Source of the DNA: an uncultured Rhodospirillaceae bacterium
GTDB taxonomy: Bacteria > Pseudomonadota > Alphaproteobacteria > Rhodospirillales > UBA2165
Direction: 5' to 3'
Length of the DNA: 64,000 bases
Assembly (NCBI GenBank): GCA_964574215.1
Contig: CAZNLR010000019.1
Coordinates: 7,655-71,654, forward strand
In this document: positions 10,808 to 18,882 of the stretch, one piece after another
Layout: each line of letters begins with the position of its first letter
Position numbering within the stretch: position 1 is the first letter of the stretch
The notes under the pieces: model-generated
Database searches by the model: none
The model's input: the letters and a program-made list of their open reading frames with translations, nothing else
What the model was told of the DNA's origin: nothing
Translations under genes and position numbers: made by a program

Positions 10808-11743
10808 GTGATGGCGTTGCGGGGGATTCCTTTTGTTCTGATTTTTTTTCTGGCGGCCTGCGCGCCACAGCTGAAACCGCCGGGGCCCCAAATCACCGAA
10901 CCCAAGCTCAGCGACACAGCCTATGTCACACCGGACGGACTTTCTTTGCCGCTGCATGTTTGGCAGACCGCGGCAAAGCCAAAAGCCGTAATCCTGGCGC
11001 TCCACGGATTTAATGATTATGGCGCCTTCATAAAAAAAGCCGCTTCTAATTTCAGTCAAAACGGCGTTCAGGTTTACGCCTACGATCAACGGGGTTTTGG
11101 CCGGTCGCCCCATTTCGGCTTTTGGCCGGGACGCCGGGCCTTTGCCGATGATGCCACGGTGGCGGTTGGGCTGTTGCGTCAAAAGCATCCGGGGCTGCCG
11201 GTTTATCTGCTGGGCATGAGCATGGGGGGCGCCGTGGTGATGACGGCCATGACCGATGACGTGCGGCCCGACGTGGACGGTGTGGTGCTGGTGGCGCCGG
11301 CGGTATGGGGGCGGGAAACCATGCCCTTTTACCAGCGTTGGGCTTTGTGGCTGGCGGTTCGCATGGTGCCGTGGATGAAACTGTCGGCCGAGGGGTTGAA
11401 GATCAGGGCCTCGGACAATGTCGAAATGCTGCGGGAACTGGGACGGGATCCGCTGTTTATCAAGGAGACCCGCGTCGATGCCATCTGGGGACTGGTGAAT
11501 TTGATGGATTTGGCTCTCCGCCGGTCGGCAGATTATAAAGCCAAGACATTGTTGCTCTACGGGGAAAATGACGAGGTGATCAGGAAAAAGCCCACCGAGT
11601 TGATGTTTTCCCGTCTGCCCGAGGACGCTGCCGCCGACCGCCGCCTGATCCGGTATCCCAAGGGGTATCACATGCTGCTCAGGGATTTGCAGGCGGAGAC
11701 GGTGTGGCGGGATGTATTGAGTTGGATTAAGCAGGGCAGTTAA
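10808..11743 (+). CDS. Alpha/beta hydrolase lipoprotein (lysophospholipase / monoacylglycerol-lipase-like)
   Basis: Lipobox FFLAAC, HGFNDYG oxyanion region, nucleophile elbow GMSMGG, C-terminal YPKGYHMLLRD (catalytic His). Confidence 0.85.
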   Translation: MMALRGIPFVLIFFLAACAPQLKPPGPQITEPKLSDTAYVTPDGLSLPLHVWQTAAKPKAVILALHGFNDYGAFIKKAASNFSQNGVQVYAYDQRGFGRSPHFGFWPGRRAFADDATVAVGLLRQKHPGLPVYLLGMSMGGAVVMTAMTDDVRPDVDGVVLVAPAVWGRETMPFYQRWALWLAVRMVPWMKLSAEGLKIRASDNVEMLRELGRDPLFIKETRVDAIWGLVNLMDLALRRSADYKAKTLLLYGENDEVIRKKPTELMFSRLPEDAAADRRLIRYPKGYHMLLRDLQAETVWRDVLSWIKQGS

Positions 11744-11851
11744 GCCGGTAAACGCCACATAGGCTTTACCAATAAAGCGGCTTGCAGTATGGTGCGCCCC
11801 CATCAGCCGCCATGAGGCCCCGTTCAGGCCGGATTATGGCAGGCCAAATAA

Positions 11852-11928
11852 GCGCCCGTAGCTCAGCTGGATAGAGTGTCGGCCTCCGAAGCCGAAGGTC
11901 ACAGGTTCGAATCCTGTCGGGCGCGCCA
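11852..11928 (+). tRNA. tRNA-Arg (anticodon CCG), CCA encoded
   Basis: Cloverleaf folded by hand. Acceptor GCGCCCG/CGGGCGC, D-stem GCTC/GAGT, anticodon stem TCGGC/GCCGA with loop CT-CCG-AA, T-stem ACAGG/CCTGT with loop TTCGAAT, discriminator G, then CCA. Confidence 0.92.
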
Positions 11929-12146
11929 TTTCCTTGAATGGCTTATACGACAATTGAATTTTACTAATTCCTGTCTCGCAGCCAAATAGCAACCTTAAGA
12001 TCTAATTTCGAGGCCATTTTGCCAATTTGTGCCCGTCGGGATTTGCCGGGTTATTTCGGAATTTGGCAAGATGAATCCGCCAGCACAGTCGCATTCACAT
12101 CTGCATTACCCCCCGAAAGCAGACATGAACCGTATTAGGCAAAAGA

Positions 12147-12172
12147 GTCCGCTTCTGACCCGTGTCGGACAT
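12147..12172. repeat. Palindromic intergenic element, copy 1 (GTCCG-N16-CGGAC family)
   Basis: GTCCGCTTCTGACCCGTGTCGGACAT, in the tRNA-sulfatase gap. Confidence 0.6.
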
Positions 12173-12251
12173 TATTTAAATTACTTAGCAAGATTGCCAT
12201 AGCCCCAACTTTCTCTAATATTGTTGCGATCGATACATCCGGATAAGGCAA

Positions 12252-13850
12252 ATGACAGATCGTCCGAATATACTCCTCATTATCACTGACCAACATAAAG
12301 CTGACCATCTCGGCTGTTACGGCAACTCGGTCGTGCAAACACCCAACATCGACACCTTATCCGAAGACGGAGTGACCTTTGACCATTTTTATACGGCCAG
12401 CCCGATTTGTATGCCTAATCGCGCGACGTTGATGACCAGCCGCATGCCCTCCTGCCATGGCTTGCGCATTAACGGCCTGCCACTCTCCAAGGACAATGTG
12501 ACTTTCGTCGATTTGCTTCGCCATGCTGGCTATCGGACGGGTGTAATAGGCAAATGCCATCTCCAGCCGATGATGAACCTGCCGATGGGGGAAGCGGAAT
12601 ACTGGCCGGAAAATCCGACAGATGAAACTCTGCCGGATGATCTAAAATTCTCCCGACGATCACGTATGGACGGTCCGGAGTATGATCAGGAACGGGCAGG
12701 CGTATGGGCCGAAGACCCGAATCTAGAAGTGGAAACGCCCTATTACGGTTTTGATCATTTGCGGTTCGCGAACTTTCATGGCGACATGGTGCACGGTCAT
12801 TACAGCCGCTGGCTTCAGGAGCGCCATGAAGATGCCAATTCGTTGCGCGGCAAGGAAAACGCCCTAACAGATAACGTCTACGATGTTAAAAAAGGTTGGC
12901 GAACCCGCATGCCTGAGGAATTATACCCGACGACTTACATCGCCGAAGAAACTATTAAATATCTCGACGAACACGCCAAAGGTGACGCCGCCGCGCCGTT
13001 TTTTCTCCAATGTTCCTTCCCTGACCCGCATGCACCGTTAACTCCGCCCGGGAAATATTGGTCGATGTACGATCCGTCGGACGTCGAACTCCCTGCATCA
13101 TTTGGCCATATTGATCCAAATGAACCTCGCTTTATTCATGAAACCCGTGCCAAAAGTGATCAACCCAAAAAAGTGCCTGCGCTCTCCATGCCGGATGAAA
13201 AAGAAGCCCGTGAAAACATCGCCTTGACCTATGGCATGGTGACCATGGTTGATGAAGCTATTGGGCGCATTGTCGAAACACTGGATAGGCTAAAATTACG
13301 GGACAACACAATTATTATATTTACCGCCGACCACGGCGATATGGGCGGCGATCACGGCATGTTCGGAAAATTTGGTGTGCATTATGATGCGGTGTTGCGT
13401 GTGCCGTTCATCTGGAATGATCCGACGAATAAGATATCAAAACACTCGGGTGAGCTTGGCGGTACGATTGATATTGCGCCGACCATTTTAGCGCGGGCCG
13501 GGTTAGCGACAAGCGTGGGTATGCAAGGGATCGATATTGTTGGTCAGGTCCAGTCAAATTCGCCGCCAACTCGCGAGGGTATTTTAGCTGAAGAAGATCA
13601 GCTCAACACCCAAACCAATGGGCTGGGAGCACAGAGGATTTGGACGTTTGTTCGTGATCAGTGGCGCTTGAGCGTTTGGTTTGGGGACGAGATGGGGCAA
13701 CTGTTTGATCGTAAAAACGATCCTCATGAAATGAGCAATCTATGGTCCGATCCTGACTATACAGTCGTTAAGGCCGAGCTTATGGAACGAATGATGCGGG
13801 AACGCATGCGCTTGGGAGAAACGTTGCCTCTACCAATTCGATTTGCCTAG
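12252..13850 (+). CDS. Sulfatase (formylglycine-dependent, Cys-type)
   Basis: 532 aa. N-terminal PNILLIITDQH and the sulfatase signature SPICMPNRATLMTSR (C-x-P-x-R). No signal peptide seen, so probably cytoplasmic. Confidence 0.9.
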   Translation: MTDRPNILLIITDQHKADHLGCYGNSVVQTPNIDTLSEDGVTFDHFYTASPICMPNRATLMTSRMPSCHGLRINGLPLSKDNVTFVDLLRHAGYRTGVIGKCHLQPMMNLPMGEAEYWPENPTDETLPDDLKFSRRSRMDGPEYDQERAGVWAEDPNLEVETPYYGFDHLRFANFHGDMVHGHYSRWLQERHEDANSLRGKENALTDNVYDVKKGWRTRMPEELYPTTYIAEETIKYLDEHAKGDAAAPFFLQCSFPDPHAPLTPPGKYWSMYDPSDVELPASFGHIDPNEPRFIHETRAKSDQPKKVPALSMPDEKEARENIALTYGMVTMVDEAIGRIVETLDRLKLRDNTIIIFTADHGDMGGDHGMFGKFGVHYDAVLRVPFIWNDPTNKISKHSGELGGTIDIAPTILARAGLATSVGMQGIDIVGQVQSNSPPTREGILAEEDQLNTQTNGLGAQRIWTFVRDQWRLSVWFGDEMGQLFDRKNDPHEMSNLWSDPDYTVVKAELMERMMRERMRLGETLPLPIRFA

Positions 13851-13867
13851 CGGTTACTAAGCGGGCG

Positions 13868-13893
13868 GTCCGCTTATGGCTAAGACCGGTCAT
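13868..13893. repeat. Palindromic intergenic element, copy 2 (degenerate)
   Basis: GTCCGCTTATGGCTAAGACCGGTCAT, between the convergent sulfatase and GMC genes. Confidence 0.45.
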
Positions 13894-13912
13894 AAAAAGC
13901 TACATAATCTAT

Positions 13913-13939
13913 GTCCGCTATATCCCGAATAGCGGACAT
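13913..13939. repeat. Palindromic intergenic element, copy 3 (best palindrome, 11-bp arms ATGTCCGCTAT/ATAGCGGACAT)
   Basis: GTCCGCTATATCCCGAATAGCGGACAT, 10 nt beyond the GMC stop codon. It may double as a terminator hairpin. Confidence 0.65.
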
Positions 13940-13948
13940 TTCAGATAT

Positions 13949-15556
13949 TTATCCTGAACTAAGGATATATTCGGAAGCTTTTTCTGCGATCATTATCACG
14001 GGTGCATTGATGTTACCGCCGACCAAGTCCGGCATAACAGAAGCATCAACAACGCGGAGGCTATCACAATCCCGAACATTCATTTTAGGATCAACTACCG
14101 AGCCGTCGTCTATTCCCATGCGGCAGGTGCCAATTGGATGAAAAACGGTCATCGCCGATTCGCGGATAAAACCATCAATTTCATCATCGCTCTTGACGTC
14201 GTCGCCAGGCATCATCTCCTCGCCAAGGTGCTCGTTAAAAGCTGGCTGAGCCGCGATGGCGCGTTTAATTTTAAACGCTTGGCGGATGGCCGTACGATCC
14301 ATCTCGGTCGAGAAAAAATTATTGAGAATTTTTGGCGGATCATTGGGTTGGTTCGAGGCTAACGTTACCGCCCCTCGGCTCTCTGGCCGCAAATGACACG
14401 CGATCAATCCAATTCCAGGGGGGCCGGGCTTTCGGATCAATGGAAACCATTCACAGGATTGCATCGAAAAAAGTCTAAAAAATAATTGGATATCAGGCAG
14501 TTCTAAATCGAGGCGGCTTTTGACAAAACCCGTTCCAAAGCCCAATGGATGAGTTGCCGGGCCGCTTTTAAGAAATTGCGCACGTAGCATATTTACGACA
14601 AGTCGATCATAGCGCAGGTTTTTTTGAAACTCTGACGGAGTTTTGCGTGCATATTCGATCAAGACACTCGGATGGTCCTGTAAATTTTGGCCCACATTTT
14701 TTCGATCTGCTACGACTTCAATGCCATGCTCTTGCAAAAGCGCAGCAGGACCAATGCCCGAAAGCATCAACAATTGCGCTGAGTTGTACGTGCCACCAGA
14801 CAAAATGACTTCTTTGTTGGCCCGCACTGTTTTGGCCTGACCGTTTTTTTGGTATTCAATTCCAACCGCTTTGTTACCATCGAATAATATTCGTTGAACG
14901 TGAGCGCCAGTTTCGGCTACAAGATTTCTGCGTCTTAGTGCCGGACGCAAAAAAACCACGGCGGCGCTTTGGCGTCGCCCCTCGGCAGAATTGAATTGCA
15001 TGCGAGCCAGGCCTTCCTGCTCGGCGCCATTGAAGTCGCCACGAAATGGATAGCCAAGGGCTTCACCGGCTGCTTTATAGGCGTCAATAATATTATCTTC
15101 GGTCGGCGCAATTGCCGTTTTCATTGGCCCACTGTCGCCATGATAATCATTATGCTCAGTCAGGTAATTCTCTGACTTTTTGAAATAAGGCAGGACTTTA
15201 TCATAGGTCCAATCGGCAAGCCCCAATTGCCCCCAGCGATCATAATCTCCCCTGTTACCGCGCACATATGCCGTCATGTTGATAGACGAAGATCCGCCAA
15301 GAACCTTACCCCGTGGATGATAAAGTCGGCGGTTGTTCATGTGCGGTTCCGGCTCCGACATATACGACCAATTATATTTTGCGTCGTTCCAAATCTTGGC
15401 GGTGCCGGTTGGAATATGAAAAAGCGGGTTGGAATCCTTTTTGCCCGCTTCTAAAACGAGAACGCTATTTTTGGGATCTGCACTGAGCCGATTGGCCAAC
15501 ACACAGCCAGCTGAGCCGGCGCCGACGACTATATAATCATAAGTGTGAGCTTTCAT
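13949..15556 (-). CDS. GMC family oxidoreductase (choline-dehydrogenase-like flavoprotein)
   Basis: 535 aa. N-terminal YDYIVVGAGSAGCVLANRLS and GMC signatures (GGSSSINMTAYVRG, C-terminal HPIGTCRMG). Confidence 0.9.
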   Translation of the reverse strand: MKAHTYDYIVVGAGSAGCVLANRLSADPKNSVLVLEAGKKDSNPLFHIPTGTAKIWNDAKYNWSYMSEPEPHMNNRRLYHPRGKVLGGSSSINMTAYVRGNRGDYDRWGQLGLADWTYDKVLPYFKKSENYLTEHNDYHGDSGPMKTAIAPTEDNIIDAYKAAGEALGYPFRGDFNGAEQEGLARMQFNSAEGRRQSAAVVFLRPALRRRNLVAETGAHVQRILFDGNKAVGIEYQKNGQAKTVRANKEVILSGGTYNSAQLLMLSGIGPAALLQEHGIEVVADRKNVGQNLQDHPSVLIEYARKTPSEFQKNLRYDRLVVNMLRAQFLKSGPATHPLGFGTGFVKSRLDLELPDIQLFFRLFSMQSCEWFPLIRKPGPPGIGLIACHLRPESRGAVTLASNQPNDPPKILNNFFSTEMDRTAIRQAFKIKRAIAAQPAFNEHLGEEMMPGDDVKSDDEIDGFIRESAMTVFHPIGTCRMGIDDGSVVDPKMNVRDCDSLRVVDASVMPDLVGGNINAPVIMIAEKASEYILSSG

Positions 15557-15767
15557 CCAAACCTCAAATTAAATGCAGAATACCTATGTGCTGGAAGATT
15601 AAAGTTGCTGCCACGCGCCCCGTCAACTTCTCGGTTCAGATAGAAATTTTTTATTAGTCAATCAACTCACAAAATTATCAGTTGTTGAGACCTATGTCGG
15701 TTGACAAGTTGACAAGCATAAGCTGAGTGAAATGATCCAATGAAGCAATATTGGGAGAGTTATCGAT

Positions 15768-15793
15768 GTCCGGTTCTGGCTAATAGCGGACGT
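15768..15793. repeat. Palindromic intergenic element, copy 4
   Basis: GTCCGGTTCTGGCTAATAGCGGACGT, in the dctM-GMC gap. Confidence 0.55.
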
Positions 15794-15859
15794 TCAGCAC
15801 AGAGATTTTAATTTCCACTTTTGGGGGCAAAGCAGAGGCATTCCGTTAACCCTTGATAC

Positions 15860-15885
15860 GTCCGCTAATGACCCGAAGGCGACAT
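15860..15885. repeat. Palindromic intergenic element, copy 5 (degenerate right arm)
   Basis: GTCCGCTAATGACCCGAAGGCGACAT, in the dctM-GMC gap. Its central GACCCG matches copy 1. Confidence 0.5.
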
Positions 15886-15902
15886 TGGCAGAAATCGGCA
15901 AG

Positions 15903-17210
15903 CTAATTGAAACCGGCAATTGCCGGCAACCAAAGAGTTAAAGCCGGAAATAAAATAATCACGATTATGCGGGTCATGTCGGCTAGGAGGAAGGGTGTAA
16001 TCCCTGCGAAAATTGTTTTGAGCGGAATATCCCTGGCGACCCCGAATATGACAAATACGTTCATACCGATGGGTGGGGTAATCATGCCCACCTCAATCAC
16101 CATCACCAGAACCACGCCCCACCAGATGGGATGGTAGCCAAGCCCGGTTACCAGAGGAAATACGAAAGGCATGGTAATCAGTAATGCGGCAACGGTATCG
16201 AATATACTGCCGAGAATGAGATAGATGACCATTAAAACGAATATCACTGCTAGCGGCGGCAGATGCTGATCGATGATTGCGTTTGTAAGTGCTTCCGGAA
16301 CTTTTGAAGCGGTAATAAAATAGCTAAAAATGGATGCACCCATGATGATCATATAGATCATCGCCGAGTTGGAAGCGGTATCCTTCAAAACTTCCCAAAA
16401 TGATGTCCAGGTTAATTTGCGGCGAAGTAGGGCAAAAAGTAGGGCCATGCCAGCGCCCAATGCTGCTGCTTCGTTTACCGTGAACAGGCCGCTGTAGATA
16501 CCGCCGATCACTGTCCCAAGCAGAACGACAACGCCCCAGCTTTCACGCACGGCCTGCCAGCGTTCCCGAAAGGGTAATCGAACCCCGCTGGGGCCGGCGT
16601 CGGGACGCACCCGCACGTAGATATTGACGGCAATGAGATGAAAAACCACCGCGATGATGGCGGGTATCAAAGAAGCGACAAAAAGCGTAATCACGAATTG
16701 TTCGGTGAGAAAGGCGTAAATCACCATAATAACTGAAGGGGGTATGAGCATTCCTAGAGTGCCGCCAGCGGCAATGCTGCCCGTCGCCAGTTGCTGAGAG
16801 TATCCGCGTTTGAGCATTTCTGGCAGGGCCACCCGACCCATGGTGGCTGCAGTTGCGATGGACGAGCCACAGACCGCACCGAAACCAGCACAACCGCCTA
16901 TGGTCGCCATGGCCAAACCGCCTCTGCGATGCCCGAGAAAAGCGTTAGCCAGGCGGTAAATGTCGCTCGATAGCCCGCTCACCCCGGCAAAACTGCCCAT
17001 TAATAAAAACAAGGGGATCACCGACAGGTCGAGACTGGCAATGACTCCCACCGGTTCAGTGGCGAAGAGGGAAGCCGCCGGTTTGAACCCATGCAGAAAG
17101 CCGAAGCCGACGAATCCGGCCACTGCCATTGCCATACCGATGGGCACGTGCAAGGCGATCAGGATAAGCATGCCGATTAGACCCATGGAGGCGATCAGGA
17201 TCGGATCCAT
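15903..17210 (-). CDS. TRAP transporter large permease subunit (DctM family)
   Basis: 435 aa polytopic protein with a DctM-type C-terminus (MITPPIGMNVFV). Its start overlaps the stop of the small subunit. Confidence 0.92.
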   Translation of the reverse strand: MDPILIASMGLIGMLILIALHVPIGMAMAVAGFVGFGFLHGFKPAASLFATEPVGVIASLDLSVIPLFLLMGSFAGVSGLSSDIYRLANAFLGHRRGGLAMATIGGCAGFGAVCGSSIATAATMGRVALPEMLKRGYSQQLATGSIAAGGTLGMLIPPSVIMVIYAFLTEQFVITLFVASLIPAIIAVVFHLIAVNIYVRVRPDAGPSGVRLPFRERWQAVRESWGVVVLLGTVIGGIYSGLFTVNEAAALGAGMALLFALLRRKLTWTSFWEVLKDTASNSAMIYMIIMGASIFSYFITASKVPEALTNAIIDQHLPPLAVIFVLMVIYLILGSIFDTVAALLITMPFVFPLVTGLGYHPIWWGVVLVMVIEVGMITPPIGMNVFVIFGVARDIPLKTIFAGITPFLLADMTRIIVIILFPALTLWLPAIAGFN

Positions 17211-17746
17211 CAGCCGCCCCTTTCTTGTTCGTTCAAAGAAGTTGCGCGCGCCCGTTTAATGTCGCGAAAACCGTTCGACAACACCACCAGCTGAACCGGC
17301 ACGCAAAATAATATGAACAATGTGGCAACCGACCACCAAGGCGCCAGTGCTAGACCCAGCAGCCAGGTGGTTTCCTTGTTCTCGTGCAGTTCGAAAACGT
17401 AGATGATGAACTGGTAGCCCATCATGTTAAAGGTGGCGAATGTAACAATAGCGCCGAAAGCGTCAAGAAACCGAGTCCAGCGCTGTCCCAGTGCGTTGCC
17501 TAGAAACTTAATTGCGATGTGGTGTTTTTCCGCCAATGCGGTGGGAAAAAAGGATGCCATGGCGATAGCGATGACCAAACGTAGGATCTCGGAAATTCCT
17601 TCTATGGGGGCACCGAATATCGAACGGGCGATGGCGTCAATAATGGTGGCGAGGGCCACGGCCACCAGGGCGAATAAACCGAGAAGAGCCAATATCCGGG
17701 CGAAGGTAATATTGGCTCTCTCGATTCTACCGAGCTTGGTCGACAT
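17210..17746 (-). CDS. TRAP transporter small permease subunit (DctQ family)
   Basis: 178 aa, 4 TM, positioned between the DctP and DctM genes. Confidence 0.85.
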   Translation of the reverse strand: MSTKLGRIERANITFARILALLGLFALVAVALATIIDAIARSIFGAPIEGISEILRLVIAIAMASFFPTALAEKHHIAIKFLGNALGQRWTRFLDAFGAIVTFATFNMMGYQFIIYVFELHENKETTWLLGLALAPWWSVATLFILFCVPVQLVVLSNGFRDIKRARATSLNEQERGG

Positions 17747-17782
17747 GAGCGGTAAAGAAATAGCAAGGTCTCCCTTTTGAGA

Positions 17783-18802
17783 TTACTTGCCCGCCCGGAT
17801 CGCCGTCAGCTCAGCCCGCACGGCAGCAAGCAGTTCTTTGCCCCGCGGATGACTTTTTTGCCAGCCTTCGATGGCCCGCTGTTTAGCGGCGTCGAGAGCC
17901 TTAAGGTCTGTACCCGTAGGCCGCACGACTTTGTTGACGCCGGTCTTGATCATTTTAGTTTCAATACCATTTTGTAGGCCGTCATGAGTCCGGCCATGGG
18001 CGCGGGACAACTTTTCTCCCCAGTTATTCCGGAAAGCAGCTTTTCCGATCGCCGGTAGACTGTCGAAGCTTTGTTTATTCATGGCCGACATTAAGGGCAC
18101 GCAGCCAAGATTTGCGTGGTAGTGATATTTCGCTACATCGATGATGCGCCAAGCCATATACCCGACCCATTCCAAGGCGACGGCATCAATCACCCCGCGG
18201 CTCATGTTTTCGGCGATAGCTGGCGCCGCCATACCCACCGGCGTAGCGCCCATTTCCTTGGTGACCCGACCGAAGACCGGGCCGGCCACTCTTATTTTCA
18301 TACCCTTCAAGTCGTTCATTCTATTGATGGGTTTCTTAGAATGAATCATGTAGGGATGGGTACAGACCAGCAAGGGAACAACGAATTTGTCGTATCCACG
18401 CAGCTTGCCCTTGGAATACATCCGCCATATTGCCACTGACGCCTCGGTCGCACTTTTGAAAAGCCCGGGCAGTTCAAATACTTCGTTGTCCGGGAAACGG
18501 CCCGGATTGTATGCGGGAACGGCCATAACCAGGTCCGCAACACGGTCAGCCATGAGCTTTAACTGAGCTCTTGGGTTCCTTCCCAAGCCACCGCCCGGAA
18601 AGGTATCAATCTTCACCACCCCATTGGTTTCAGCAGCAATCTTTTCGGCGAAAGGTTTTATCACATGGGCGTAAGTCGGTTCTTTGGCGGGTACAAAGAG
18701 GTTCCATTTCAAGGTTACGTTTTTGTTGCCTTCTGCGAACGAAGTTCCCGACGACAAAAGAATTCCAGTGATTGTGGCAATAATTAAATTTTGCGATTTC
18801 AT
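17783..18802 (-). CDS. TRAP transporter substrate-binding protein (DctP family)
   Basis: 339 aa with a signal peptide (LLSSGTSFAEG) and a DctP-like body. GGAGGA RBS. Confidence 0.88.
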   Translation of the reverse strand: MKSQNLIIATITGILLSSGTSFAEGNKNVTLKWNLFVPAKEPTYAHVIKPFAEKIAAETNGVVKIDTFPGGGLGRNPRAQLKLMADRVADLVMAVPAYNPGRFPDNEVFELPGLFKSATEASVAIWRMYSKGKLRGYDKFVVPLLVCTHPYMIHSKKPINRMNDLKGMKIRVAGPVFGRVTKEMGATPVGMAAPAIAENMSRGVIDAVALEWVGYMAWRIIDVAKYHYHANLGCVPLMSAMNKQSFDSLPAIGKAAFRNNWGEKLSRAHGRTHDGLQNGIETKMIKTGVNKVVRPTGTDLKALDAAKQRAIEGWQKSHPRGKELLAAVRAELTAIRAGK

Positions 18803-18882
18803 AATATTTCCTCCGTTTTGTAATAGTTTCTACTTTTTGCTCAAACATTCCTCGGGAATTCCGGGGCTGTTCTGGCTGTTCA

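Noticed and set aside
10487-11803. 438-aa ORF on the - strand spanning the ABC ATPase 3' end, the hydrolase gene and the intergenic DNA
   Set aside because: It is antisense to two well-supported genes and crosses their boundary. The His/Pro/Arg/Gly-rich sequence has no recognisable domain, so it is a shadow ORF.
13911-14141. 76-aa ORF starting MSAISRIADI, and the 76-aa ORF 21292..21522 ending VRFTPVNGHYFQ
   Set aside because: Their start or end is provided by copies of the GTCCG...CGGAC palindromic element. The rest is antisense to the GMC gene or overlaps the small basic ORF, so both are artefacts of the repeat.
12252-15556. Assigning the sulfatase plus GMC oxidoreductase as betC/betA (choline-O-sulfate to betaine aldehyde)
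   Set aside because: There is no betB or betI. The genes are convergent rather than co-transcribed. The sulfatase signature context looks generic. This is kept only as an analogy.
15701-15716. Tandem TTGACAAG-TTGACAAG as a + strand promoter (two consensus -35 hexamers)
   Set aside because: The best downstream -10-like hexamer (TGAAAT, 15728-15733) gives spacers of 21 or 13 nt. No + strand gene follows; transcription would run antisense into dctM.
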